A DNA stretch of 64,000 nucleotides from an uncultured Gemmatimonadaceae bacterium (GTDB lineage Bacteria; Gemmatimonadota; Gemmatimonadetes; Gemmatimonadales; Gemmatimonadaceae): positions 2,112,001-2,176,000 of the forward strand of contig OY970320.1 in the NCBI GenBank assembly GCA_963716745.1, written 5' to 3'. This document shows, in pieces, positions 44,074 through 54,110 of this stretch (position 1 is the first letter of the stretch; every line of letters begins with the position of its first letter). Made by a program: the position numbers and the translations under genes. The notes beneath the pieces were generated by a model. It was given only the letters and a program-made list of their open reading frames with translations. It searched no databases and was not told the origin of the DNA.

Positions 44074-44418
44074 ATGCACGGACTGTCCGGAGAGCGCGTG
44101 CTCATGCGCATCCATATCGGCGAATCGGACCGCTGGAAAGGGAAGCCGCTCGAAGAGGCGATCGTGAACGTGCTGCGCGAGCGCGGGCTCGCGGGCGCGA
44201 CGGTGTTCCGCGGGATCCTGGGCTTCGGCGCCACGGCGCGCGTGCACACCGAGAAGATCCTGCGGTTGTCCGTGGACCTGCCGGTGGTCGTGGAGTGCGT
44301 CGACACGAAGGAGCAGATCGACGCCATCCTGCCGGTGCTCGATGAGATGATCGGCGGCGGGCTGATCACGCTGGAGAAGGTGCAGGTGATCGCGTACCGG
44401 CCGGGCGAGAAGAAGTGA
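44074..44418 (+). CDS. DUF190 (PII-like) protein
   Basis: RIHIGESD, GATVFRGILGFG, DLPVVVE; usual crcB neighbour. Confidence 0.9.
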   Translation: MHGLSGERVLMRIHIGESDRWKGKPLEEAIVNVLRERGLAGATVFRGILGFGATARVHTEKILRLSVDLPVVVECVDTKEQIDAILPVLDEMIGGGLITLEKVQVIAYRPGEKK

Positions 44419-45647
44419 CCTGGCCGGCACTCCGGCCGTTGCGCCGGTGGGCGTGGCCGGCGGCTGTTTCCGCGCTGCTTCTGCTCATGTGGCCATTCGC
44501 CCGATATCCGCTCGCGGGCGCCGGGCCATACGATGCGCAGCTCGTTCGGCCTGCGCTCTACGTGATCCTCGCCCCGATGAGCAATGTGCTGGACGCTCTC
44601 TCGTTGCTGTCGGTGCCGCAGCTCATCGCGTTGGGCGTGTCGCTCATCGCGTGGTATACGGTGTGGCGCGTCGCGCGATGGCGGATCTCGGGCACGAATG
44701 CGTGGTGCGAGTTCTGCGTCGGCGTGCGCGCGCTGCTGCTCCTCATACTCACGGTGCTCCTCGCCGCCGTAATGCCCAGGCCCATGGCGCGCCTCGCGAT
44801 GCTGAACCGCGACGACCTTGTGCTCGACGTCCATAGTCACACGAACTTCTCGCACGACGCGCGCGCGTCGTTCACGGTGCAAGACAATCGCGCGTGGCAC
44901 CGCGCCGCCGGGTTCGACGTCGCGTACATCACCGACCACCGCTGCTTCGATGGCGCTGCCGAGGGGCTGCGCGGCAATCCGAAACTCGCCGGCGACGGCA
45001 CGGTGCTCCTCAGCGGCATCGAACTGCCGCCCGATGAGTCGCATCTCGTCGTACTCGAACCACCAAACGCGGCGGCGCCGGCTGCGCTCTTCGACCCATG
45101 GTGCGTGCGCGCCACGGCCGGCCGCGCGCTCGCAACCTGGCCGGTGCGCATCCAGACGATCCCCGAAGATTTCACGAGGCTACGACTCGCGCTGGCGGCC
45201 TCGGACACCAGCGTCACCGGCATCGAGATGTCGGATGGCGCGCCGCGAGGGATCGCGCAGGCTCAACGCGATCGCGTCGAGATCCTAGGCTATGCGCACA
45301 CGTATCACCTCGCGCTCCTCGCAGGCTCTAACAATCACGGCTGGGGCCGGACCGCCGTCGCATGGACTGTGATGCGCATCCCGGGATGGCGCGCGCTCAC
45401 TCCCGATTCCCTCGGCGCCACGATCGAGCGGAAGATCCGCACGCAGCGCGATCTCGCGTCGCACGTGATCGAACGCCGCGCAGTGTACGGCCCGCCCGAG
45501 CCGTCGGCGTGGCTGCTCATGGCGCCGGAAGTGGCGCTCAACATGGGCATCACGATCACGCCCTGGGAGCGCGTCTCGTGGATCGTGTGGGCTTGGTCGA
45601 TCGCTCTCATCGCAGCCGTCGTGCCGCGCAGGGAGTGGAAGACGTGA
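44415..45647 (+). CDS. Membrane-anchored PHP-domain phosphoesterase
   Basis: DVHSHTNFSHD, ITDH, GSNNHG. Confidence 0.78.
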   Translation: MTWPALRPLRRWAWPAAVSALLLLMWPFARYPLAGAGPYDAQLVRPALYVILAPMSNVLDALSLLSVPQLIALGVSLIAWYTVWRVARWRISGTNAWCEFCVGVRALLLLILTVLLAAVMPRPMARLAMLNRDDLVLDVHSHTNFSHDARASFTVQDNRAWHRAAGFDVAYITDHRCFDGAAEGLRGNPKLAGDGTVLLSGIELPPDESHLVVLEPPNAAAPAALFDPWCVRATAGRALATWPVRIQTIPEDFTRLRLALAASDTSVTGIEMSDGAPRGIAQAQRDRVEILGYAHTYHLALLAGSNNHGWGRTAVAWTVMRIPGWRALTPDSLGATIERKIRTQRDLASHVIERRAVYGPPEPSAWLLMAPEVALNMGITITPWERVSWIVWAWSIALIAAVVPRREWKT

Positions 45648-47155
45648 CACCCGGCAATCGCTCCTCGCCCATCACGATCGCGATCGGCGTCGCTGTCGCG
45701 GCGTTCGGCCTCCGCCTCGCGATGGCCGCGATCATCACGCCGTTCCCCGACGAGACCTACTATTGGGAGTGGTCGCGCCGCCTGGCCGGCGGATTCTTCG
45801 ATCACCCGCCCGGCATCGCGGTCGCCATCCGCGCGGGCACGGCGATTTTCGGCAATACCGCGTTCGGCATTCGGGTGGTCCCGGTGCTGCTAGGGCTCAT
45901 CGCGGTGCTCTCGGTGATCGAGCTGGCGCGCCGGCTAGCCGGCGACGACGGAGCGCTGCGCGCCTCGATCGTGCTCGCCTGTCTCCCGCTCGCGGGCGCC
46001 GGCCTCGTGCTCGCCACGCCCGATGCGCCATTGCTTTGCTTCAGCGCGCTCGCGCTCCTCTGCATCGAGCGCGCTGTGAGCGATGAGACGGCGCCCCGCT
46101 CCGCACTCGCGTGGTGGGCGCTCGCCGGCCTCGCCTGCGGCGCGGCGATGGCCTCGAAATACACCGGCGTGCTGCTCCCAGTGTTCACGCTCATCGCCAT
46201 CGTCGCGATCCCATCGCTGCGCCGCCAGCTCGCGACACCCGGACCGTACCTCGCCGTCGCGCTCGCGTCGCTCGTCATGATCCCCGTGCTCCGGTGGAAC
46301 GCGCACCACGACTGGATATCGTTCCGCTTCCAGCTCGCACACGGCCTCGGCCCCGTCCGCGGCACGGGGATCAAGCGCGAGGGCGATCTGCTCGGCGGAC
46401 AACTCGGACTCGTCACGCCGATTCTATTCGCGATGATGGCAGTTGCGGTGGGCCGTGCGCTCAAGCCGATGCACGATGCACGAAGAACAATGTTCGCATC
46501 GATCTCAACACTCACGTTCCTGTTCTTCGTCTATAGTGCGTGGCGCCGTCCCGCCGAAGCGAATTGGCCGGCGCCCGCGTACATCCCGGCACTCGCGTTG
46601 CTCGCGGCATACCCCGAGTCGAGCACGTGGAAGAAATGGCTCACCGCGGGTTGCGTGCTCGGCGCGATCATCGTGATCGCGACTTACATCCAAGCCGTTG
46701 CGCCCGTCTTCCCGATCGCAGCGCGCAAGGATCCCATGGCGCGCGCCGCCGGGTTCAACGAGCTCGGTACGCGTGTCGCGACACTGCGAGATTCTGTCGC
46801 ACGCGGTGGCACGCCGGCGCTCGTCGCCGCGCAGAAATACCAGGATGCGTCTGAACTCGCCTGGTGGATGCCCGGTCATCCTGATATCCTCTCCATCAAC
46901 ACCGGCTATCGCGCGAATCAGTACGATCTGTGGCCGCAGTTGCGCGATCGCGCGGAGAGCGGCAGCGCACTCATTGTCGTGGGGCCGGCGGACGGCGCCG
47001 ATTCGCTGATCGCGATGAATCCCGGTCTCACGGCGCTCGCGCTGCACTACAAGCAGGTCACGCTGCTCGGCATTTTCGATCTCGGCCGCGGCGGCTCGGT
47101 CCGGGAACGGAAACGCATCTGGCTGCTCGATCCTCTCACCAGTCCATTGCCATGA
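45644..47155 (+). CDS. ArnT/PMT-family (GT-C) glycosyltransferase
   Basis: PDETYYWEWS, FDHPP, TPDAPL, SKY. Confidence 0.88.
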   Translation: MTPGNRSSPITIAIGVAVAAFGLRLAMAAIITPFPDETYYWEWSRRLAGGFFDHPPGIAVAIRAGTAIFGNTAFGIRVVPVLLGLIAVLSVIELARRLAGDDGALRASIVLACLPLAGAGLVLATPDAPLLCFSALALLCIERAVSDETAPRSALAWWALAGLACGAAMASKYTGVLLPVFTLIAIVAIPSLRRQLATPGPYLAVALASLVMIPVLRWNAHHDWISFRFQLAHGLGPVRGTGIKREGDLLGGQLGLVTPILFAMMAVAVGRALKPMHDARRTMFASISTLTFLFFVYSAWRRPAEANWPAPAYIPALALLAAYPESSTWKKWLTAGCVLGAIIVIATYIQAVAPVFPIAARKDPMARAAGFNELGTRVATLRDSVARGGTPALVAAQKYQDASELAWWMPGHPDILSINTGYRANQYDLWPQLRDRAESGSALIVVGPADGADSLIAMNPGLTALALHYKQVTLLGIFDLGRGGSVRERKRIWLLDPLTSPLP

Positions 47156-48531
47156 CGTCACAACTCGCCCCCGATCTCGAAGCGTTCCTCGCGAAGAACG
47201 ACAAGAAGTCGCACGAGGAACTGTTCGAGCTGCTGCGCATCCCGAGCGTCAGCGCGCGCTCGGAGCACACGCCCGACATCAGGAAATGCGCCGAGTGGGT
47301 GAAGGCGGCGATCAAGACGGCGGGCATGAAAGCCGAGATCATGGAGACGGGCGGCCATCCCGTGGTGCTGGGCGAATGGCGCGGGGCGGGGGAGAAGGCG
47401 CCCACCGTGCTCGTGTACGGTCACTACGACGTACAGCCCGCGGAGCCGCTCGACCTGTGGACGACGCCGCCCTTCGAGCCGGTGATCCGCGACGGACGCA
47501 TCTACGCGCGCGGCTCGGTGGACGACAAAGGGCAGCTATTCCTGCACATCAAGGCGATCCAGGCGCATTTGACCGCGCGCGGCAAGCTGCCGGTGAACAT
47601 GATCCTGCTGGCCGAGGGCGAAGAGGAAGTGGGCAGCGAGAATCTCGAGAAGTTCATCGAGAAGCATTCCGAGCGTTTGGCGTGCGACTATGTGGTGATC
47701 TCGGACTCGTCGATGTTCGCGCCGGGACTGCCGAGCATTCTGAGTTCGCTGCGCGGGCTCGCGTACTTCCAGATCGACGTGCAGGGCGCGGAAGGCGATC
47801 TGCATTCGGGGAGTTACGGCGGCGCCGTGGGGAATCCGGCCACCGCGCTCGCGCGGATCATCGCGAGCTTCCACGACGCCGACGGTCACATCGCGATCGC
47901 GGGATTCTATGACAAGGTGCGCGCCTGGGACGCCGCGTCGCGCGAGGCGCTGCGCAAGCTGCCGTTCAGCGAGAAGACCTTCCTGGAGGAAGCGACCGCG
48001 CCGAGTGCCGTGGGAGAGAAGGGGTACTCGACGCTCGAGCGCGTGTGGTCGCGTCCGACGTGCGAGGTGAACGGATTATTGAGCGGCTACACGGGCGAGG
48101 GCGCGAAGACCGTGCTCCCGGCGAAAGCGATGGCGAAGGTGAGCTGCCGTTTGGTGCCCGATCAGTCGCCCACCGAGATCGAGCAATTGATGAAGGCGCA
48201 CATCAAGCGCGTGACCCCGCCCGGCGTGAGCGTGAGCGTGCAGCATTTGCACGGCGGCCGTCCGTGGCGCGCGGAATTGAACGGTCCGCTCTTCGACGCC
48301 GCACGCCGCGCGCTCAAGACGGCGTTCGCGAAGGAGCCGGTGATCGTCGGCGAGGGTGGATCGATCCCTGTTGTCGGCGATTTCCAGCGCGTGCTCGGGG
48401 CGCCGGTATTACTCGTAGGATTCGGCTTGCCCGGGGAGAATGCGCATGCGCCGAATGAGTGGATGAGTGATGAGAATTTTGTGAAGGGGATGAGGGCGAT
48501 CGCGGCGTTGTGGGATGAACTCACGGCGTGA
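47152..48531 (+). CDS. M20 family dipeptidase
   Basis: YGHYDVQP, RGSVDDKG, EGEEEVGS, HAPNE. Confidence 0.93.
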   Translation: MTSQLAPDLEAFLAKNDKKSHEELFELLRIPSVSARSEHTPDIRKCAEWVKAAIKTAGMKAEIMETGGHPVVLGEWRGAGEKAPTVLVYGHYDVQPAEPLDLWTTPPFEPVIRDGRIYARGSVDDKGQLFLHIKAIQAHLTARGKLPVNMILLAEGEEEVGSENLEKFIEKHSERLACDYVVISDSSMFAPGLPSILSSLRGLAYFQIDVQGAEGDLHSGSYGGAVGNPATALARIIASFHDADGHIAIAGFYDKVRAWDAASREALRKLPFSEKTFLEEATAPSAVGEKGYSTLERVWSRPTCEVNGLLSGYTGEGAKTVLPAKAMAKVSCRLVPDQSPTEIEQLMKAHIKRVTPPGVSVSVQHLHGGRPWRAELNGPLFDAARRALKTAFAKEPVIVGEGGSIPVVGDFQRVLGAPVLLVGFGLPGENAHAPNEWMSDENFVKGMRAIAALWDELTA

Positions 48532-48803
48532 ACTGCTAACTACTGTCACCTGCACGCTTCACGTCGCAGTCAACAGCAAACAGTCACGAGTGACTGCCAG
48601 TCTACAGTCAACAGCTCACAGTTCACAGAAAACACTTCAATGCGACAGCGGGCCTCTCGATCCTGAATCGGAATCGAGAGGCCCGCTCGCTACATGATCC
48701 GTTTTCTGTGACCTGTTGACTGGTGACTGTCGACTGGCAGGTACTCGTGACTGTTTGCTGTTGACTGCAATGTTAAGCGTGCAAGTGACAGTAGTTAGTA
48801 GTT
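48531..48803. repeat. 273-bp palindromic element (ACAGTCA family) filling a convergent intergenic gap
   Basis: AACTGCTAACTACTGTCAC...GTGACAGTAGTTAGTAGTT; ends overlap both stop codons. Confidence 0.92.
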
Positions 48804-50336
48804 AGAGCCCCGAGAGAAGCGCATCATTATTCGTCGTCGCCCCGATTCTCTTGATCAACCACTCCATCGCCGCCTGCGGCGGCATTTGCCCCAATCCGCG
48901 ACGCAACGTATACACCGCATCGATCTGATCGGGCCGGAAAAGCTTTTCTTCCTTCCGCGTACCAGAAGTCGCAATATCGATCGCAGGATAGATCCGCTTC
49001 TCCGCGAGCGAGCGATCGAGCTTGATCTCGCAATTGCCCGTACCCTTGAATTCCTCGAAGATCACGTCGTCCATGCGCGAACCGGTCTCCACGAGCGCGG
49101 TGGCGATGATCGTGAGCGAGCCGCCGCCGTTCTCCGGCGCCACGCAGCGCGCCGATCCGAAGAAGGCTTTGGGCTTGGCCATCGCCGTCGCATCGAGCCC
49201 GCCCGACAGCGTGCGGCCCGTGCCGCGCTCCACGGAGTTGTACGCGCGCGCCATGCGCGTGAGCGAGTCGAGCACGATCACCACATCGCGCCCGCTCTCC
49301 ACCAGCCGCCGCGCGCGCTCCAGCACCATCTCCGTCACCTCGGTGTGCCGCTCGGCCGGCTGATCGAAGCTCGACGCGATCACTTCGCCGCGTCCCCACG
49401 AGATCATCTCGCTCACTTCTTCGGGCCGCTCGTCCACGAGCAGCACCAGCAGCGCCGCCTCGGGATGATTCAGCGCCACGCCCTCGGTGATCGCCTGCAG
49501 CAGCATCGTCTTGCCGGCGCGCGCGGGCGCCACGATCAGCGCGCGCTGGCCGTAGCCGATCGGGGCGATGAGATCGATCGCGCGCCGTGTGAGCTCCGGG
49601 CCGCCCTTCGCGGGCCGTCCGGTCTCGAGCGTCAATTTGCGGTCAGGATACGAGGCGATGAGCGCGGTGAAATCGGCGCGCTTGAGCGCCAGCGCTGGAT
49701 CGCCTTCGTTGATCGTGAGGATCTCGGCGACCACGGTGCGGCCGCGATGATCGTGCCCGGTGCTCGCTTCGATCAGGTCGCCGCGGCGCAGCGCGAACTG
49801 CCGCACCACATGCAGCGGAACGAACGCGTCGTCGGCGTCGGGAGGTAACTCTCGGCGGCGCGGCGAATGTATCCGCCGTCGCGGCCGGCATCGAACCAAC
49901 CCACCGTGGCGCCATCCGCGACGATCGGCACCGGGGGGCCAGAAGGCACGTGCTGCTGATTCTGATTCTGCTGCTGATCAGGGCGGGGTCCGCCGCGCCC
50001 GCGTCCGCGCCGTCCGCGGCGCCCGTTATTGCGTTCGTTGTGCTGCGGTCGATGCTGGTGGCGCGGCTGCTGCTGGCCGCCCGTATTCATCTCTCCACCG
50101 CCGCCGCCTCCCCCTCCACTCTCCGAAGGCCCCGCGCCCTCGCCGCCGCCCGTCGCATCGGGAGCGCCTTGCTCCGTTTTCACGACGAATGGGCCGCCGC
50201 CGCTCTCGTTGGACGGAGTAGGCTGGTCGTCGCGGTACGGACTCGATTCCATGTTCGGATCACGGTTAGGGTCGCGATTCGGCCGGTGCGGTCTATTCCC
50301 GCGGCCGCGCCGTGGCGGGCGTCTGCGTTCGTTCAT
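48802..50336 (-). CDS. rho: Transcription termination factor Rho with N-terminal low-complexity region; frameshift about 49845
   Basis: PIGYGQRALIVAPARAGKT, DERPEEV, LDSLTR, IFEEFKGTGN, SGTRKEE. Confidence 0.95.
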
Positions 50337-50695
50337 GCTTCGTGGCTGTCTGCTGGAAGGTGTGCGTCGCGCAGCGCCGCGCCGTCCCGATTGGACGGAT
50401 GCCGGCCGCGCCTCGTACTTCGATGTGTTGCTGCGATGTGGTGCACGGACTAAGGAACTGTGGGCCCGCGGGGCGCGGACACTACACGCGCGCTCCGGGT
50501 TGCGACCAGCCTTGGTGCATTGCGCGACGCTCACTTTGCGAGCGCCAGGCGGCACCTACTGGGCCCTGCGAATCTGACTGGGATGGCCGACGGTCACCAG
50601 CTCCGCGGCCCCCTCAATTCTCGCCACTCTCGCGCGATTCCGCAACACCCAACCGGTTCGAGCCCTCTCACCGAACAGGCACCGGAAAGCACGCA

Positions 50696-50956
50696 CTACC
50701 TTGGTATCTTCTCTCCCACCGCCCGCTCGAGATCGCGCACCAGCCCGATGATGCGGCGCATGATGTCGATCATGCGATCCACCGCCGCGCCCTGCTCGGG
50801 ACCCAGTCCCGGCTCGGTGCGCAGTAACTGCGCCTCGGCCAAGAGCGCGGCCAGCGGATTGTTGAGCTGATGCTGCACGAGCGCCGTCAGCCGTTGCAAC
50901 TCAGGCGACGAGAGCGGCTCCTTCCCATCGGACGAGGCTTCTTTGGACGGCGTCAC
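50696..50956 (-). CDS. Stand-alone HisKA/DHp-domain protein (86 aa)
   Basis: RBS AGGAGG plus GTG; H-box VQHQLNNPLAALL; no ATPase domain. Confidence 0.72.
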   Translation of the reverse strand: MTPSKEASSDGKEPLSSPELQRLTALVQHQLNNPLAALLAEAQLLRTEPGLGPEQGAAVDRMIDIMRRIIGLVRDLERAVGEKIPR

Positions 50957-51001
50957 GCGCGGTGCCTCCTCACGGGTCAGTACTATATCTTCAGGACACT
51001 C

Positions 51002-51602
51002 ATGGGTTCCCCGAGGATACCGGGCGGCACGGCCGCCGAGATCGCGCGCGCTGTCGAGAGCTACCGCGAGACGAACGATTTCTCCGTGCTGCTCGACGAA
51101 TTGCTCGCCATCTCCGCGGATGCCGACCTCGACGAACTCATCGCAGCGGTGGAGCCGTATCGCACCATTCCGGAGATCGCGGGCCCCGTGTACGAACGCG
51201 TGGTCGCCGAGCGGCCCAACGATGCGCGCGCGCTCGTGACGCTCGCGAACTCGTACTGGCTGAGCGGCCGCGGCGCGGAGGCGACGGGTGAGCTTGCTGC
51301 GCGCGCGATGGCCGCCGATCCGGAGAATCGTGCCGCGTGGCATTCTGTGGGCCCTCACTGAGCCGGAGCCGCGCGAACGCATGATGCGCTGGAAACAAGT
51401 GACGGAACGATTCCCCACCGACGATCTCGCGCGCGCGACGCTCGCCGATGCCGCCGCGAGCGTCGCCGGCGCCGAGCGCGATCGCGAAGCGCTGCAACTC
51501 GCGATCCGTTCGTACGATCAGCTGCTTCGAACCGCCGGCGCCCCGGAACAGAAGGCGGCCCTTGAGTCGGCACTCACTACTCTGCGGGCGTGGAATCTCT
51601 GA
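51002..51602 (+). CDS. TPR-like hypothetical protein; frameshift about 51345
   Basis: RPNDARALVTLANSYWL...ADPENRAAW; continues in ORF 51288..51602. Confidence 0.7.
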
Positions 51603-51691
51603 ACGACAGACTGAGACGTTAGACCTAGACGCTAGCATGCGACGATAGAACGCAGTCTAACGTCTAAGTCTGACGTCTCAGTCTGTAGTAT
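51602..51691. repeat. Palindromic element (AGACTGAGACGTT family) between convergent stops
   Basis: ACAGACTGAGACGTTAGACCTAGACG...CGTCTAAGTCTGACGTCTCAGTCTGT. Confidence 0.85.
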
Positions 51692-52474
51692 TCAGTGAAA
51701 GTGGAACATGAACGGCATTTGCACCCACTGCTGCACGGGACAGCCGCCGGAGAGCGCCGGTGTCCAACGATATTGTGCGACCGCCGCGATCACGGCGTCA
51801 ACGTATTCCTTGTGTTTCCCCTCTACCGCGCGAACGCTGTCCATCACCGGGCGCCCGTCGCGATCGACGAGCACTTGCACCACCACGTCATCCTCGACGC
51901 GCGCGTCCTCCAGTTTCTTTGGCCACTTGGGATAGATGTTCGTCGCGATGATGTGCGCCGGCCGGTCGATGGGGTTGAGCGGGCGCAGCGCGATGAGCCG
52001 CATCGGATAGAACCCGAGCGACGGATCGAGCGAGAGTTGGATGCGCATCTGCACGGTATCGCGCCCATCGGTGGAGTAGAAGCTCACTTTGTCCGCGCCC
52101 ATCGCGGCGGCAGCGTTGAGCAGCGCCGAGTCCAACCGGGCGTCCGCGGTCGTGAGCTTGAGATACACGCGGTCGGTGCGGCCGTCCGCGCTCTCGGTGA
52201 ATCGCACTTCGCCGAGCATCGGCATGAAGCCGCCCGTCGCGCCGCCGCGCAATTTCACCATGGTCGCGGCGGCCGCCTCCATGGAGCTCAGGTCCATCGG
52301 CTGGATGAACCGCGCGACGTACTCCTGGAGAAGCGAACCGCGGATCCGCCGCAGATCGGCGCGCTCCGTCGTATCCTGCGGGATCGACGCGTAGACGGCC
52401 ATGAGGGAACTCACGCCGTGCGGCTTTCCGTCTGGGCCGCACTGCGCCGGAGCCGCAGTGCTGCCCAGGCTCAT
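51692..52474 (-). CDS. TonB C-terminal domain protein
   Basis: YPKWP...VVVQVLVDRDGR...WTPA...VQMPFMF; start uncertain. Confidence 0.75.
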   Translation of the reverse strand: MSLGSTAAPAQCGPDGKPHGVSSLMAVYASIPQDTTERADLRRIRGSLLQEYVARFIQPMDLSSMEAAAATMVKLRGGATGGFMPMLGEVRFTESADGRTDRVYLKLTTADARLDSALLNAAAAMGADKVSFYSTDGRDTVQMRIQLSLDPSLGFYPMRLIALRPLNPIDRPAHIIATNIYPKWPKKLEDARVEDDVVVQVLVDRDGRPVMDSVRAVEGKHKEYVDAVIAAVAQYRWTPALSGGCPVQQWVQMPFMFHFH

Positions 52475-52498
52475 CGCGCCAAGCGCGATCAGAGTCGG

Positions 52499-52611
52499 AA
52501 CTACAGACCTAGACGTTAGACCTAGACGTTAGAAGGCGGACGCTAGACGTGAGATACTAGATGTGTTCGCAGTTGTATTCTAAGTCTAGGTCTAGCGTCT
52601 AGGTCTGCACT
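52499..52611. repeat. Palindromic element (AGACCTAGACGTT variant)
   Basis: AACTACAGACCTAGACGTTAGACCTAGACGTTAGAA...TTCTAAGTCTAGGTCTAGCGTCTAGGTCTGCACT. Confidence 0.85.
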
Positions 52612-53003
52612 TAAGCTCGTGCCCTTCGCAGCGCCATGTCCTCCAGGACACCGAGGAGCGCCGCCAGATCGAACGGCTTCGCGACCAGCACGCACCCGCA
52701 CGCATCGATCAGGTCCATCGCGTGATCGCTCGCGTCGCCCGTCGTGAATACCGTGCGGCCGCGCAATTGGGGTTGCAGGCTCGACGCCAGCTCGAACAGC
52801 ACGTCGCCGCGCATGTCGGGCACCCGCAGGTCCACGACCATGAAATCGAAATGCTCGCTGCGCAGCAGGGAGAGCGCTACCTCGCCGCTCTCGACCGCGC
52901 GCACATCGTACCCGCCGCGCGTGAATGCGATCGTCAGTGCACGGCAGATGGACGGTTCGTCGTCCACCACCAGGATCCGCGCACGCTCATTGTACAGCCT
53001 CAT
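52611..53003 (-). CDS. Single-domain response regulator (receiver)
   Basis: ILVVDDE, VVDLRVPDMRG, TTG, KPF. Confidence 0.9.
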   Translation of the reverse strand: MRLYNERARILVVDDEPSICRALTIAFTRGGYDVRAVESGEVALSLLRSEHFDFMVVDLRVPDMRGDVLFELASSLQPQLRGRTVFTTGDASDHAMDLIDACGCVLVAKPFDLAALLGVLEDMALRRARA

Positions 53004-53787
53004 CGTCCTTCGCTCCGTGACGGCGCATCATCGCCGTTAGCACTTCCATGAACCGATCGGGCGGCAACCGCTCCCGAAGGGTCGACGGGGAGTGGCCCGT
53101 CGTCGCCCGCACTTGCCGCGAGAACACGCGCGGCGAGGCATACCCCAACTTCCTCGTGATGTCTTCCAGCAGGAACCCTTTCTCGCCCAGGTAGTGGTAC
53201 GCCTGCGCCAGCCGAGCGGTGAAGATCAATACTCTCGCGGATGCGAGTTCCTGCTTCACCAGCCACCGGTCGAGATTCCGGCGCGTCATGCCCGCCGCGT
53301 GGGCGAGCGATTCGACGCCTTCGATCAGGTGCGGCGATTCGTACATGCGCATGAGCGCCCGTTGCAGCAGCGGCATCGCGCCTTCCAGCCGGTCCATGAT
53401 CGACTCGAGCGCTTCGCCACCCAGCCTTCGCGCGGGCAAACGCTCGAGCAGATCCTTCAATCGCCGCGGTTCATCATCGAATCCACGGAGCACCACGTGA
53501 CGCACGCCGCGCTGCGCGAGTGTCACGGTCGTCCGCAGCGTTTCCGCCGCGAGCGACGTGTAGACCACCACCGGCAACGTCGGATATCGCTCCATCAACT
53601 CGTACAGCGGCTCGATCTCCGTGCTGCCATCGACCCGAGGGTCGACGACGAGCACATCCACCGGCGACCGTCGCACGAGAGTGATGAGCTCGGTCCAACC
53701 GATGACACCGGTCAGACCATGCTCATCGCCCAGCACGCGGCGGAGATAGACGAGGACGGGAGGAGAGAGGCGGGCGGCGACTTCCAC
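52987..53787 (-). CDS. AraC-family regulator with N-terminal receiver-like domain
   Basis: VDVLVVDP...PVVVYT; C-terminal double HTH LAHAAGMTRRNLDR / LGYASPRVFSRQVRATTGHSPS. Confidence 0.88.
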   Translation of the reverse strand: MEVAARLSPPVLVYLRRVLGDEHGLTGVIGWTELITLVRRSPVDVLVVDPRVDGSTEIEPLYELMERYPTLPVVVYTSLAAETLRTTVTLAQRGVRHVVLRGFDDEPRRLKDLLERLPARRLGGEALESIMDRLEGAMPLLQRALMRMYESPHLIEGVESLAHAAGMTRRNLDRWLVKQELASARVLIFTARLAQAYHYLGEKGFLLEDITRKLGYASPRVFSRQVRATTGHSPSTLRERLPPDRFMEVLTAMMRRHGAKDDEAVQ

Positions 53788-53803
53788 GGGGGGACACTAA
53801 GGT

Positions 53804-53874
53804 TGTCCTAAAAAGGCACCTTACTGTCCGAAAATGCGTGTTTGCCCCGCCGAATGCCACGGTACCTTGCGCTC
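53804..53874 (+). promoter_or_regulatory. Putative activator-dependent promoter of the peptide gene
   Basis: TGTCCTAAAA (53804) and TGTCCGAAAA (53825) are 21 bp apart; TACCTTGCGCTC at 53863. Confidence 0.6.
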
Positions 53875-53912
53875 GAGTGGAATTCCGGTCCCAACCCTCG
53901 CGCGAGGCTATC

Positions 53913-54047
53913 ATGATCCGTCGCCTGTTCGCCCTTCTCGTTCTCGTCGCCGTCGCGTCCACCGCTTCGGCCTGCACTTCACCCACCGCGCCCCACGCGG
54001 ACTGTGCCGTGACGGGCGGAAGTGGGAACTGCTCGGTCAGTCGCTGA
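53913..54047 (+). CDS. 44-aa secreted lipopeptide precursor
   Basis: RBS GAGG; MIRRLFALLVLVAVASTASA|CTSPTAPHADCAVTGGSGNCSVSR; followed by a hairpin. Confidence 0.72.
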   Translation: MIRRLFALLVLVAVASTASACTSPTAPHADCAVTGGSGNCSVSR

Positions 54048-54068
54048 CCCTCACTCCATAGCACGACT

Positions 54069-54102
54069 CGAAGGGCCGCGGGTGCCAACCCGCGGCCCTT
54101 CG
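54069..54102. terminator. Hairpin between convergent peptide and TPR genes
   Basis: CGAAGGGCCGCGGGT-GCCA-ACCCGCGGCCCTTCG, a perfect 15-bp stem. Confidence 0.75.
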
Positions 54103-54110
54103 TGCATCGC

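Noticed and set aside
50460..50570. 6S or SRP RNA
   Set aside because: Lacks the SRP GGAA-loop motif and a convincing 6S rod with central bubble.
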